In this document: positions 15,436 to 30,450 of the stretch, one piece after another
Numbering within the stretch: position 1 is the first letter of the stretch
How the letters are laid out: the number at the start of each line of letters is the position of its first letter
Source: the human T2T-CHM13v2.0 reference genome, Homo sapiens
Direction: 5' to 3' (one strand)
DNA length: 64,000 nt
NCBI RefSeq assembly: GCF_009914755.1
Contig: NC_060927.1
Notes under the pieces: model-generated
Told to the model about the DNA's origin: nothing
Database searches by the model: none
Seen by the model: only the letters and a program-made list of their open reading frames with translations
Program-made: the position numbers and the translations under genes

Positions 15436-18221
15436 CTCAGCATCGGCAGATCTCACAAAACAAATGTAAGTTCAGGAAAGTGTGTGCATGCACATACATT
15501 TTAGTACTTCAATCAGGCTGCATTAATGCTTAGTGAGCAAGAACTGAGTCTTAGCATTTCATGCCTCTTAGAACCCAGCTCTGTATTTGTTGTGCACCTA
15601 TTTTAGAGTCAGTACAGTAGATGTGGCACCTGCCTTAGGATGCTCACTCTCTATTAGGGGAGACAGTATCCAACCCAAAGGCTCCTAGTCTGGAGCCCAG
15701 TGAAGACAAATTGACAAATATACTCTAAATAAGAATATGAGTTCAATGGAATGATTAAAATTAATGACTATGTGGGCCAGGACCATGATATGCAGAGAAG
15801 AAAAGAGAAAAAGGGGAATGACAAGTACCAAGTAGTTCAACATTCGACCCTGTGTGGCTGGAAGAGTCTCTTAGCTTGAAATTTAATGAGGTCCTCTATC
15901 AGTGAAAGTCAGTGAACCTCTGGGAAGAAGATGGTTCTCCTTAAACTCACGGCTCTCTCACTGCCCAGCCTTTGGTTTTCACTTCTTAATCACCTACTGT
16001 GTGTCAGGCATCATGGTAGGCACTGAGGTCTCCTGAGCCCTAGGCTGTCTTGATCTTTCTGACGACTAGGATGAACAGGCCTGATCTCTGAGTCTGCTTG
16101 CTGTTCTCGCTCCCTCTGCCACCCCAGCAGACGCCATTACCGGTCTCAGCTCTCACTGGACTCTCTGGCTTCCTGCCTCCCACCCTCCTGACCGCTTGGT
16201 ACCTGCAGGCCCTGCTGGTCCCCGTGTGGCAGCAGGACAAGAGGCCAAGCTGCAGGGCAGATACAGACTGAGGTCTACTGAAGGATTCTTGGTTTGGAGG
16301 GAACCAAGCTACGAGCTGGGGCAGGAAGGAGTTGGTGGAGGGAGGTGCCCCAGATGTGACAAGGCAAGTTTGAATCTCACAGATCAGGGAGCAGGTGGGC
16401 CATGAAAACTGGTGCTATGTCTTCTTCCTTACTGATAACAGTGCAAGCTGAAGAAGACAAGCCTCTTGGAAAGTACTTGTGCTTAAAGATGCCCGAATCC
16501 TTGTCCCATTCACCTCTCTTCTGCCAACTAATCAATCCCAAGGAAATAATATTAAATATGGAATTAAAAACTTCATGTATAAAGATGTTGATGAAAATTT
16601 AATTTATAAAAGGAAACGTTGGAAACCATCAAGATAACTGCCAACAGAGGAATGATTCAGTAAATGGTAGCATATCAGATTTAATGGAATATTCACCATT
16701 AAAATTATGGTGACAGAGTGATTTGAAAAATGCTATGTTGGCTGAAAAAAGCAGGATACAAAACACTATGAATAATTTTAGTTATGACTAAAAGTTACTG
16801 AGCACTTATATTACATATGCAGCAAAGATATTTCACTTAAGTAATGCCATATTATAGGTAGTATTATCCCCATTTTATAGATAGGAGCATGACCTGGAGA
16901 GTTGGCAAATTACTCATGATCACAGTTGGTAAAGGATGGGATTGAATTAAAAATCAAGTCTGACCCATGGCCTGTGATGCTTCCACAAGCCACTATGCCC
17001 CTGTAGATCCTGTAGTTATCCCTATGCTGAAAACAAAAGAAACCCCCAGCTTAGAAAATAACTATAGGACAGAACGATTAAACAAAACAATAATAAAGAC
17101 CGAGAGCAAAGCAGAACCATAGGTAATTTTAGCCTTCTTTCTACCTTTGCTTATCTGCTTTCTTAAGTAGAATATTGCATTTTTACTTTAAAACATTCTC
17201 AAAGTAAGCCATTTAGAGTGGTGCTGTGGACAGATCAGTGATCCTGACTGTATTACTATAGTACTATGATGCCCATTGTTTTATTAGGCAACTGCTATGT
17301 GCTTGCGCACATCTGCCATTGCATCAACCCTCCAACTATGCTGGGAAGTAGGAATTATTATTCCCATCTCAGCTATGGGGCCTAGAGAATGTAAGCAGAA
17401 CAAATTCAAACTCAGATATCCTGGCTACGAAATCTGTGCTTTCTATTCTTTCCATGGCCCCACAACACAGAGTTTCTTGATTTCCTGTCCTGATGTTTTT
17501 TGATCATTTGAGCTCTGGCAAGCCCATGTTTATAAGCACGGGGCTGGCCACTGCTCCCTGAAGAAGAGGTCAAGGTGAACTGGTCCACCCTGAGGTATAT
17601 ACCCACACTCTGCCACAGCTCGAGTCTTGCGCTCACCCTCTCTTCCCCTGTGAAACTTTGGGGAGGTTCAGGAAGCATGACCAAGTGTAGAACAGAGACC
17701 TGAGGGCCACAAGGCAGATGAGGCGAAGAGCAGTGAGAAGGGGCCTGAGCCAGCTTGGGAACTGGGCTGAGGGTGTGGAGCAGACGATAGTGGTGATCTG
17801 AGTTCAGGGTAGGAGGGGAGATAGAACACAGAACAATGACAGAGCCAGGGGTCTCCAGTCTACTGCCCAAAAAGCATCTCCTGCCACCTCTAGCATCCAG
17901 ACAGCTCCTTGTTTATGCACAGGGACATGTGTATATACCCACACGTGATCTCCAGAGTTCCCACTAGTTAGGCCTTTGACTGCATCTCCTGAGCAAATGG
18001 GCTTATTTTTTACAGACAAAATGATTTCCAGAAAGCTAATAGTCATATTTGCAGCCCATCTCTAACAACTATAATACAAGACTGTACAGTGCTTATTTCT
18101 GTATGCTATTCTTACCCCAGGTTTATTATTTCCTACCCATATTTTCCCTTCTCTATTCTGACTCCACACCTCTACTCCAGAAGAAGATTCTAAGCATTAT
18201 AAAATTTAATCTATATGATGA

Positions 18222-18420
18222 TGCATTCTCAAGGGGGTAATATCATCCCTAAGGGGGGGCGATAATTGGTTCTCAGGAGTAAGGGGCAAAAAGTCTTACT
18301 CTTTTTACATATACACACAGATATACTCCAGTACACATATATGGTATAGAGTATAACTGTGGTATTAAATTTGCACTAGGGGATTCCTCGGGAGGGTGAT
18401 AATGGGGAGATAATGGTGAT
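18222..18420 (+). mobile_element. MER105-like hAT-Charlie element
   Basis: cattctcaagggggtaatatcatccctaaggggg..aattggttctc start; ctgtggtattaaattt internal motif. Confidence 0.6.
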
Positions 18421-18436
18421 AATAAGAATCATCAAT

Positions 18437-18708
<272 letters not shown>

Positions 18709-20253
18709 TCAGACCCGCCACCCTCAGAAGTAAAATCAGGCAAGACGCAGAAGCCCAGTCACCCCTTCCTCCACTGCCCAGCCACTTCCCATGTGCTCGC
18801 CCAGGGGCGGCTGAAACCTGCAGGTGTGACCTTTGTTTCCATCTCTGGAGACTAACAGCTGCCCCTTGAGTGGCTCATAGAAGAACCTGTTTAGGGACAG
18901 TGTGTTCAAGGGCAGATTCCTTGGTCTCACCTCAGTGGGTCTGGGTAGGACCCTGCAGGCACCCAGTGGCTTCTGCAGGATCCCACCTTGAGAAACCACT
19001 CTCGACAAAGTGCCTCCACGAATGATTCCAGCACTAAGGTGTCCAGAATTTCACTTCAAACCCCAAATAGCTATGTCCTGGCAGCTAAAAATGAAGAGTG
19101 GGGGTGGGGTTGGGTATGACTTGAGTTTATGACAAAAGAGCTTTGTCTCAGATAATTCATTAATTCAGTACCAGTGTTCACTGTGCATGTGGGGGACTGA
19201 CTGGCGCCAGTCTGCTCCAGAAACAGTCTTTCCCCACTCCTTTCGGGACTGAGCCACAGCAGCTCTCCTGTCCTCTAGCTCAACAGAGTATGGCATTTGA
19301 TGGGGTTGTGCCTGCGCCTGAGCAGACTGGCTGGGGGATGGTGGCCTGGGAACCAGTCTCCCTGGGCCCAACGTCCCCTTGCACACGGATGAGGCAGGCC
19401 CAGCATGACAGGCTGTGGAAAGTATGTTCAGGTGCCTGGCTCCCCTCAGCCTAATGCCTTTTAAGTCAGGATCCAGATTTGATTTGATTTTCCTTGCCTT
19501 CCTGGCTCCAACTCTTCCAGGCTCATTTTTCACTCCCCTGTCAGGCTTCCCAGCATTTGGTGGCCGGGTTGAGCCAAGTTCTTCACACTCCACAGACAAC
19601 CTCCCTCCCAGGCTTGGGACTCTGTGCTCACCATCTAAACTCCAGCTCTCAACAGGCTCTGCCTGCCCCCACCTCGTCCTGCCGTAATCCCTGCTGGAGT
19701 TTTCTGAGTGGCTGAGAGGGACCTGCAATTCTTAGAGGAGTTGCTCAGGGACTCAGCGTGCCACCACATGAGAGAAGAACAAGTGAGTCTATTGCTCATC
19801 CTCACCATCACTATCAGGACATAAGTCTCTTCTCACCATCACCATCTCCCACCCGCCTTTATTTCAGAGTTCTTCAGCAGAGGCAGGGGACAGGGATTAA
19901 TTTGAAGGAGACATCAGGTCCAATGTGTGACATCAGAACACACTTCCTCATTCCCACACGACATGCCAGCACTCAAGGTTGATGTGCATGTAGAGGGTGT
20001 GGGAAGTGCAGATTTAGAGCCTCAGCAAGTTGAGGATGTCAAACCTTTGAATACAGGGACAGTGTCTTGGTTTTCTCTGTCATCTGTTTATTGCATGAGT
20101 ACAAACATCCTGCATACCATTAGTGTTTACTGAACGAACCTGCAAACTAGTCACTTAAGTCAGCCTGTCACGTAGCAGTGGGGTCAACTGGTAAGCATGC
20201 TCATAAAACCACCAGGTCCCTACTCCAAAATCTTGTTTAAAATTTATTTTTAT

Positions 20254-20633
<380 letters not shown>

Positions 20634-23600
20634 TTATAGGATGAGGAAACTACAGCCCAGAGGGCAGACTGAATTAAAGACAAAGACCCAAGCACATGAT
20701 ACCAGAACTGCCCTCCTTCCAGATCACACTGTTGGTCTTAAGAGAGGCAGCTCCTTAAGATAGCCGACAAGCTGCCCAGTAAACACGTTTGCAAATGACA
20801 GCACTTTGGCATCACGGGCTGACTGCAGTGCCCTAGAGTATTTAAATCCATCCCTGCTCAGCCATCACCTAACCAAGTCTGACTGAATATCTACCACGGG
20901 CCGGGCACTGTCCTAGGTGCTATAGAGAACACAAAGATGAATAAGAGATTGTCTAGAGGCTCACATTCTAGAGACAAGTACTTAAATAACCAGAACATAA
21001 AGCCAAAGATACACAGTACAGGAAAGCCCCAGGGTGATTCAGCAGGAAAGAGACCACAACTGGCAAGGAAAAGTGGGATGGGCTCCCTGGAAGAGGTGAC
21101 ATTTGGAAGAAGCAGGGTAGCACTATGACAGATTAGGGGTCCGGGCTCCAGTTAGAAAGGATGATGGAAGTCCAAGAGGCAAATCCCGGGACCTGCTCAG
21201 GGAATGTAGGGCCTGGCAACTGGGAAGAGTGCTGGTCTGGGGAACTAGCCCCACATCGTGGAGAAAGGCAAATGCCAGGCCAGGAGTCTGCAGTCAGAAC
21301 AACTGGAGGCTTCTGGCCAGAGAGGAAGTGCTCCAAGCCAATTGTTGGGAAGACCCTCACAGTAGATGAAGCCTGGAAGGGACTGAGGGAGGAGCTCTGG
21401 GAGCACTGGGCCACCAAGTCTCCAGTAACTCTGCCCTCCAGTGGCTGGACAAATGGAATCCTGAGGGGGTCACTAGAGGCCTGGCCTCATCCTTCAGTCG
21501 AGCTCTCCTGGAGGGTGCTGTGCTCTTAGAGGCACTGGCCCTCCATGCACATACTTCCCTCCATTTCATTCTGCATATCTTTCCCCAAGTGCTGACAAAT
21601 GGGAGAGGGGGTAACTAGCACTCTCTACCCTCTAACAAAACTAGAAGGGGTTCTGTAAAATGCCACACAAACCTATGGCATACTATTAAAAATCAGATGT
21701 GATCAGAACAAACCACAAAGAAAACTCCAACACCAACTCCAATACAAATAGGCACTGAATAAAATAATAAAATGTTGAAGATGGGAGCAACGGTCAAGAT
21801 GATTTGGTCCAACTCTCAGCCTGATGTGTGTAGATCTCAACACCACAGTCCTCACAAATGATGGCCAGCCCTCCCCAAGCACCTCCTCAAACCACAAACA
21901 GCCTACACAGTAGCCAGCTCATGGTAAAGTGCTTCATAAACATTACTTGAATGAATCAAATCTAAACACTCAAAATCTTTCTTAAATAAAAACAGAACAT
22001 TAAGGAGACAAGAGATTAATATTTAGAAAACTTACAGACTGAATAAATAATCTCTTTTTACTGGGCATCTACCAGGAGCTGGCACCGAGGTGTGTTTTAT
22101 AAAAACTAGGCATGTAAAACAGAGAACACACACTACAACAGACACATCACAGAATTTCAGATGTTGAAGCGTCTTAGGGATCATCTGAATCGTGATTTTA
22201 TAAGAAGGAATGTGAGACTCGGGAAGGTTTAGTGGTTTGTAGAAAGTTTAAGGCAACTATGTGGGAACTAGAACCCCAGTCCAGGGCTCTTTCCACAACA
22301 CACTACGTTAATTATCTAATTAAAATCTAAATTGTAGAGTGCAGAATACAACCCTCTTGGAATATGGAAATGGAAAGAAATGCAATGAGGTAGAAGAGCT
22401 AGAAAAGGCTTCATAGAGGAAGGAAAGTTTAATTTTCTGTTTTGATATTGAGAATTCATTAGTTGCAAGATCACTGAAGACAGCAATCATGTTTTATTTT
22501 TCTTTGTATCTCCAGAGTCTGGAGCACAGAGGAGGCTCAACTCACATTGGTCATTATTTATGAAAGTAGTGTCTTACTTATTAACTTTACTTAGAGTTGG
22601 AAGGAAGATAGATATTAGAAGGAATCTGAACATCCTGGGCTCTCCAGAAATTGTATCTATGTGAACAAATGAACCAGACCTCAGTGCTATCGCTCATGCC
22701 TGTGTAGATCCCCTACACCACTTTGAGTATACAGTTAAGAGGAAGAAAACCCCAATCTGGTCTCTTTATCTCTCATCGGTCATTTTGCCACTCAGCTTTG
22801 TTTCCATTTCAAGGCAGACAGTCGAGATAATTGGAAACACGTTAAAACAATAGGAGCCTAAGGCCTTATTAGTAGAGAGACAGACATATCTAGACAGGGC
22901 CAGCCATCTAGTAAGTAAACCATCACTGAGAAATTTTAAAAACACAGACACTTAAAGAACTTACAACAAAAAATAATTCTATTCATACAGTTCCAAATCC
23001 TCTTCTAATTTTAGGTAGTGAACACATTGATGGATTTTCTATGGTTGTGATCAGAGTGTGCACAGTGTTTGTTCTACTTTTCTTCCTACTTTGTTATTCA
23101 CACGCATTTTCATTTATGGATATAGCTACCACAATGACAAATAGGTGATTATGTAATATTTGCCACATTGATGTGTTTGTATAATAATCTATCTCCTTTT
23201 GAGTACAAACTAGTTCCTTTTTTGTTATTAAAAATAGTGCTTTGGACATCTTTGTAGCAACTACATTTTTTCTTCTCCTTTAAGAGTTAAGTTATAGTGT
23301 CAAAAGCAGAATTCTTGGCAAGGCACATCAACAGTTTTATTGCCCTTGTAACATTCTGCCAATCTAAGCCCCAAGGAGGCTGAACCAATAATCAGTACTT
23401 CCAACAAAGGAAAACCTCACCTGTTTCCTCACAGCCCCAGCAGTGGGCTCTTGGTATCTTATTTTGCTAGTTTTTTAGGTGCATAAATACTTTTAAGGTA
23501 TTTTGATTTCCATTTGTTTAAATGCCAGCAGAGTTGTGTAATTTTTTAAATGCAGTGTTATATATTTTCCATGCCCGGACTTTGTCTACACTTCTTTCAC

Positions 23601-24054
23601 TGTAAACTGTGTATTCATCTTTGACCATCTGTCAAATAGAATCTGGACATTGAACTCAGACAGCTGTACTGAGTCTTCTTGCAGGCATTTTTATTGTGCT
23701 TTTAAAAAATATACAGAAGTAATTCCTGTCTACTGTTTACAAAAAATTCAAGCAATAAGAATGTGTACAAAGTAAAAGGTGAAAGTTGAGGGTATAAAAT
23801 GGCTAAAGGTTTCTTTCCTTCTTTATCTTTCCCCTCCGTGCAACAGTATTACTTCTCAGCTATAACCCTTGACATAATCTTTTTTTCTTTTAATTATTTT
23901 TATTTTGCTCTGTGTCTATTTCTTGATTTAAGAATTTAGACAGCACTTAGTGGAGTCCCACAGGAGTGATGAGAAATTTCTCTGGCTTACGGTGCCTCCC
24001 TCTTCCTGGCCTTGACTTGATTTTTAGATCTTTTATTGGACATTTATAGCATAA

Positions 24055-24475
24055 TCACTAACTCCAATGCCTACAGAGGCTGGGCAGGAAACACATGTAG
24101 GGAATGTGGGCTGGGACAAGAAATGTCACGAGGCCCTTCCTGTCCATTTCCTGCTTTCCCATTATGAATATAGACTTGGCTAGGAGAAAAGCAAGGTCCT
24201 CACTGGCAACAGGCACTTGTCCTTAGTGTTGGGAGATGCCTTGGAATGGTGGGGACTATAACGACCTGGAAACTAATGTCAGACACAGTGACGGCACCCT
24301 CTGGGCCAGTGTGGCCATGTGGAAACATTGCCAGCTCTCATTTGTAAAGAAAAGCCACTTATACACGAATCATATATGTACATTTTCCATTTGCAAATCT
24401 TTGCTCAAACTTTTTGAGAACACCACTGGCCAAACACAAAAGGTCTGTGTGCCAAATACGGCTCATGGGTTGACT
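24055..24475 (+). mobile_element. MER45-like hAT-Tip100 element
   Basis: aactccaatgcctacagaggc..ggcagg start and ggccaaacacaaa..tctgtgtgcca end. Confidence 0.55.

Positions 24476-24478
<3 letters not shown>

Positions 24479-24505
<27 letters not shown>
24479..24505 (+). repeat. Poly(T)27 tract
   Basis: Directly visible. Confidence 0.95.
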
Positions 24506-24506
<1 letters not shown>

Positions 24507-25800
24507 CCTCTGTCATTATGGTTTTAAGTCACATACTTAAACCTGTTATTTGATCCATCCATTTTAGGTGGAATCTCTTTACTTCCCACTGTGTAAGATG
24601 GGGACATTAGTGTCACTATATTTTTCTCTTCCTCTGTTTTTCTGTCTCTACCTTACCATTCACCATCCCTCTACTTTCAGCTTGCCAAAACTTACAGGAT
24701 TTACTTTCTGTACTGTAACTATAATGAACACTTTTGACTTTTGTCTATGGATTGATTTTTAAAAACAACAATTTTCTTATAGCAATATTATATTGTATAA
24801 ATGTTGTTTTCAGACATCTGGTGTCCATGAATTAACTGTTAACCATCAGTGGCTGAAGAACTAGTTTCCAAATGCAGGTGGCTTCTGTGGATTTTCTACC
24901 TCTTGGGAGTAGTCCTATCTCCCTGAATGAGGGGGCGGACTGCAAGCCCCACATGGGGAATGTCTATTAGCAGGCTTCACATAGAGGACTTGGTCATAGT
25001 CACAGGCTTGGTCATGGAGCAAGTGGGCAGATGATGGCACATCCAACACACTTCCATCCTGTTTCTTATAAACTAACATCTACAGCAGGAGCTTCAATTC
25101 TCTCCATATACATGTTTAGTAAATAGGCTTTCCTTTAATCACCCCGACTTCTGCCCTACATCCACTCCTAATCTCCAAATCCTTTAATCTCAAATATATG
25201 GCTGAAGCCTCACCCCTTAACTGTTCTGCAGGCAGAGCTAATATGTCCTTCAATGCAATGCCAAGAAAATCTCTCATCCACTAATGTCCCTCTCACGTTT
25301 TTAGCGCAGCTATGAATGCATTCTCTTTGGACTGCTTCATGTTTATTTCGATGTCATATTTGTCAGGAAGGGAAGTTAAGACATCTGTTCAGTCCACCAT
25401 TTTGAACCCAAAGTGACCACCAGCTGTTGACTATGGTAAATTTTCAGTAATACTTGCCCTGCCACTTCTCATACTGCTGCTTTCCCTTTGAGTACTTTGG
25501 AAACTCTGTGACACCTGGGCTACCAGCCACGTGGAATAGACACCTGTGGAAAATTTGGGAGCACATTCAAGCTTGCTGGGATATCAAGGTTAGCATTCTA
25601 CAATGAAGATGAAGGACAAAGATTCTCTCATCAACAGATCACATTTTTCTTTGAATGAATCTTGAGAATTCACTTAATTCTCAAGAATGTAATGCCTTCA
25701 TTTTATTGTGAATGGGACAACTATTTCCAGTCTATCTTCTAGCTGTGGGTTAGTGATATACAGTATGGGAAGTTGAATTATGTGTGAGAAGGCTCTCAAT

Positions 25801-26028
25801 CAGCCCTGTCCGAAAGGACATTCTATGATAATGGAAATGTTCAAGAATCTGTGCTGTCCAATATGGTAGCCATTAGCCCCATGTGACTATTCAGCACTTA
25901 AATAGTGCTGATGCGGCTGATGCGGCTGAGGAACTGAATTTTCAATTTTATTTAATTTAAATTCATGTTAATTTAAGTTTAAGTAGCCACATGTGACTAG
26001 TGGGTAGGTATCCTATTGGACAATGCAA
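25801..26028 (+). mobile_element. MER3 hAT-Charlie element
   Basis: gataatggaaatgttc...ctgtgctgtccaatatggtagccattagcc..atgtgactattcagcactt...ctgaggaactgaatttt. Confidence 0.82.
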
Positions 26029-26122
26029 TTCTGTATCTTGAACAGCTCACTCTCATTGAAGAAGCAAAAGATAAACAATAATGGATCAAATTATAAATTG
26101 ATTAAAAAACTGATAAAGAGTA

Positions 26123-26417
<295 letters not shown>

Positions 26418-26587
26418 TTGATAAAGAGTAAAAATGAGTCTCATATATATATAAAAGTATTATAGGCGTTCAGAGAAGGGAACAATTGAGGGTTAGAAAG
26501 TTCAGAATTAGAGCTGTGAAGTGGATCTGTGTGCTAGTGTGAAAACAAAAACACCGAAAGACATTCAGTAAAAAGAGCAAGTTGCAG

Positions 26588-26902
26588 ATGGTTACCAGAG
26601 GCTGGGAAGGGTAGTGGGAGGGTGGGGGTGGGGGAGGAGGGGGGGATGGCTAATGGGTACAAAAAAAAAAGAAAAAATAAGACCTACTATTCGATAGCAC
26701 AACAGGGTACCTATAGTCAATAATAATTGTATTTTTCAAAATAAAGAGTGTAATTGACTTGTTTGTAACTCAAAGGATAAATGCTTGAGGGGATGGATAC
26801 CCCATTCTCTACAATGTGTTTATTTCACATTGCGTGCCTTATCAAAATATCTCATGTACCCCATAAATATATATTTCCTACTATGAACTCACAAAAAAAT
26901 AG
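26588..26902 (+). mobile_element. 5'-truncated L1MA 3'UTR
   Basis: atggttaccagaggctgggaagggtagtggg...gatagcacaacaggg...aaatgcttgaggggatggataccccatt; TSD aaagagcaaRttgYag (26572-26587 / 26903-26918). Confidence 0.9.
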
Positions 26903-27289
26903 AAAGAGCAAATTGTAGGTTACTATGTATACATGGCCCATTTGTGTATATACAAGGATATTCAGATATATGCTAATATTTGTATAAATCATTTCTGAAA
27001 GGATACTCAACATTATTAATGGTGGCCACCTATATAGAGTAGAAGTGAGGGCTAAGGCAAATAACTTTTAACTTTGTCTGAATTTTTGTTTTAAAAATAG
27101 TTTAGCATTTAAATCATGCTTTTCTTTGTAACATAGTTATAGGCACAGAGATTATTAGTGAATAATACCTTTTTAAAAGGCCAAAGTAGTCAACTCTTTC
27201 CTGTGGCTATTAGTCAAGAATGATCTTATATGATTATTGTGAATTTTCCACATCCTATAACCATGGCTCTTCTGTACTCTAATGAAATG

Positions 27290-27570
27290 CTTTAAAAGGA
27301 AGCATTAGGAAAGTAGCCTGAAGGAGGTAGAATTTAAATCAGATCCTGAGGCTGCGTAGAATGGAAAGAAGGAAGGGCATTCTTGATATAGGCACAGGCT
27401 GTGGAGGAGCAGGAAGCAGGTGCACAGGGGTGTGGCTGGTGCGGAATGAGGGCTCTGAAGCCAGGCAGGGAGTGCTGATGGGGTAACAGAGACACAGGAC
27501 CCTAGAAGAAGTACACGGCCAAATCCTTATGGGCTTGAATGGCAAGACACCGGGAGTCTTAGACACTTCA
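27290..27570 (-). mobile_element. L2 fragment
   Basis: ggaagggcattct...aggcacag...gtggctgg antisense L2 pattern. Confidence 0.5.
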
Positions 27571-28466
27571 CCACCGTGGTTCTCCTCAGGGGCACCAAAC
27601 ACTGCTTGAGCATTCATCATATGGCAGGCATTCATCTTATTCAAAGATGGACAAGAAACGGTCATCGCGTTCAAGGAACCAGATGAGACATGTGAAGGGG
27701 CAGTGTCATGCGGCAGGAAGAACATGAGACTTAGGTCTATTAAAACTGGCTCCATCACTTACTGGTGTAAATGTTATAATCCCTTGGAGCCCCCAGGTTC
27801 TTACCCTACAAAAAATCAGGATAAAAGCTGCCTTGCCAGGAGGATAAAATGATTAAGATTGTAAGCCTAGCACCAATAAGCCATTAACAAATATGTTAGT
27901 CCCCTTTCTATCATATCTACCCCATTCCTAACCCCAAACCAATAGGGAGATAAAATATGCTTCTTGTTTACCCTTTCTCCACAAAGTTGGGGCTAGAGCA
28001 AAGGATTTGCACTGTGCCTGTGTGGGCCAAGGGAGCAGGACCATCACCAAAATACAGCAGATGGAAGAAGGGAGGGAAAGGAGACAAGGCTGGAGGGTGA
28101 GGAGCTGGTCATCAACGGCCTTTTAAGCAGTGCTGCAGAATTTCATGCAAGGGGAACCATCCAAGGTTCCAGCGTATAAAGCAGGAGGTGGCACCGTCAG
28201 ATCCACGTGGTAGGAAGATCACTTAAGTAGCAGAAGGAAGGATGAACTGGAAGGGCAGAAATCAGAGCAGGAAACCAGTCTTCAAGCCACTCCCAGCCTC
28301 ATCTTAATCTCTCAATTCCTATAGTAGAAACTATTTCTTGAAGAAATTCAAGCACCTAATTATACACTGTCATATCTTGCTCTTCTATATGCACATTCTT
28401 CTCCAGAACCACATCATTAAGACTCCTGAGGACAGAAAGCAAACCAGACATTTCTTTCAAATTTCT

Positions 28467-28707
28467 CTTTTTTTTTTTGATTTGTTATTTCTTTTTTTTT
28501 TTAATTATACTTTAAGTTCTAGGGTACATGTGCACAATGTGCAGGTTAGTTACATATGTATACATGTGCCATGCTGGTGTGCTGCACCCATTTAATTCAT
28601 TTAGCATTAGGTATATCTCCTAATGCTATCCCTCTCCCCTCCCCCCACCCCACAACAGTCCCCAGAGTGTGATGTTCCCCTTCCTGTGTCCATGTGTTCT
28701 CATTGTT
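28467..28707 (-). mobile_element. Young 5'-truncated L1 3' end (L1PA3-like)
   Basis: ttatactttaagttctagggtacatgtgcacaatgtgcaggttagttacatatgtatac...cacaacagtccccagagtgtgatgttccccttcctgtgtccatgtgttctcattgtt, preceded by a T-rich tail. Confidence 0.93.
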
Positions 28708-30199
28708 AAAGTGCTAAACATGGTGGCTGACTGCTTCTGAGCTGGAAGTGAACTGAGTTGAAAGTTATTGGGAGACAGATACACTATTGTATAAAGTGGA
28801 AACTGAGGAATTATTCATGCTTCCATGGTTCAGTATTCTCATGTTCCCTTCCTCCACCTTCCACAGCTTAGACAGAAACATGCCTTGACAGGGCCAGGGC
28901 TGGCTCTTTATCACAAAGCCCACCTCAGCAAACGCTAAGGCCAGCAGTGTGAGCCGAAACCTCATTTGGGCTGTACTTCTCAAGAGACACTAAAGTATTA
29001 GCTCATCTGAGTCACAGCACAGCCAGGGCTTGTCACCATGTTTGCTTTTTTTTTCTGATAAGAATAAATTCCAGGGTAGAAGGGAAGAAATCTCCAGTAA
29101 TTTCAGCATTTTTCCCACCATTGCTCTTTTCATACTTGACTCTGCTGGGGAAAACAGCCCATCAACACTTCAGCTACCAGCATGGGCAACAGAGCAGCTA
29201 GGGGTGTTTCCACCAGCCCCTGGCATTCGTGGAGCCCTGGCTGTCTGTACATGGAAGCCCCCAGCCACCCCTGAGGCCCAGCAGTGAACACCAGACAGTG
29301 GCGCAGTCCTGTGCACTTCTCGCCCCACCCTACTTACATCCTGTTCTACTAGGCACGTGAGCAGAACACAGAGCGCGCGTCTGAATTTTCATCTACCTCA
29401 CTGTCCTCCCAAGCAAACAGCTGCCCTTTGACCCCGCCCCCCCAGGCCTAGCAACATCTTTTCATGGGAGGAGGCCTACACAGGTGTTAGAAGTGTGCTC
29501 AGGGCCATTTGGTAAAAAATTCCTGGGTCCTGGGTGCCCAGCACATGGGGGAGGTTTGGCTCCGGTGGGCGTATCCCTTGGGCAGACAGGTCTCCTGCTC
29601 TGCTGCTCTATGGAGAGAGAACAGCTGGATAAAGGAACAGGGGCTTCTAGGTTGTGGGCACGGGAAGAGGGATCTGGTTGCCTGGGTCTAAAGGTGGAAA
29701 TGAGATAAAGTTGTATTAATTCCTGAAAATATAGTCTCCTCAAGCTTTGGGCTGGCAAAGCAAAAAAAAAAAAAAAAGAAGAAGGAACGGAAGGGAAGAG
29801 ATGGGAAGGAGAGGGGAGAGGAGGGAAGGGGCTTAGGTCAAATCAGTAGATGCTAATCAAATAGTAGTTGTTGACTTCCTCTCATAAACCCTAGGCCCTG
29901 CTGGTTCAAGCCTAATGGCCACAGCCAGGGAGTGAATGAATTCTTCGAGAATGATTTCACTGCAGGACCACAATCAACTCAGAATAAGGAACCCCCATCC
30001 CTGTGCAATGTCTTCTCTCCTATTCATTCCCTTCATTTAAGGAGACACTATCTCCACATGCATCTCGCGAGCTATTTATCAGTTAGGAATACTTTCGGTA
30101 ACATTTCCTGTGTGAATCACTGCAAAGATTGTATCTGGGACAGGCTTTGAGCTTTAGGATTTGTGTCTCTTAGCTGCTGGTTCTTTTCACTCTCTCCAC

Positions 30200-30450
30200 T
30201 GCTGTCCCCCTGCCCCCAAACAATCCTTAGCGTGCAGGCTTGTTGCCTCATGGTTTTAATCTGGCTGCCCAAGCACCAGGCATTACACCTGTATTCAAGG
30301 CAGGAAGCAACGGAAGGGTGAAATATGAGAGCACCAGTGATGTCTTTTTATCTTCCTTTAATCAGAAAAGCAAGGGCTTTTCCAGAAGCTCCCTATCTGA
30401 CTTCAGCCCAAATGTGTCACTGGGCTACCCTTAGCTGCAACGGAAGCCTC
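30200..30450. mobile_element. Old ERVL-type LTR fragment (LTR33-like)
   Basis: tgcctcatggt..a.tggctgcc..agcaccaggcattacacc..attcaaggcaggaag motif. Confidence 0.45.

Noticed and set aside
19165-19728. 187-aa minus-strand ORF
   Set aside because: Non-ATG start in GC-rich intronic DNA with no homology I recognise.
25907-25929. Short tandem duplications (GCTGATGCG x2 here; also 1135-1159 and about 45560-45610)
   Set aside because: Routine slippage events with no wider pattern.
26604-26650. Strong G-quadruplex motif
   Set aside because: Ordinary G-rich tract of the L1MA 3'UTR.
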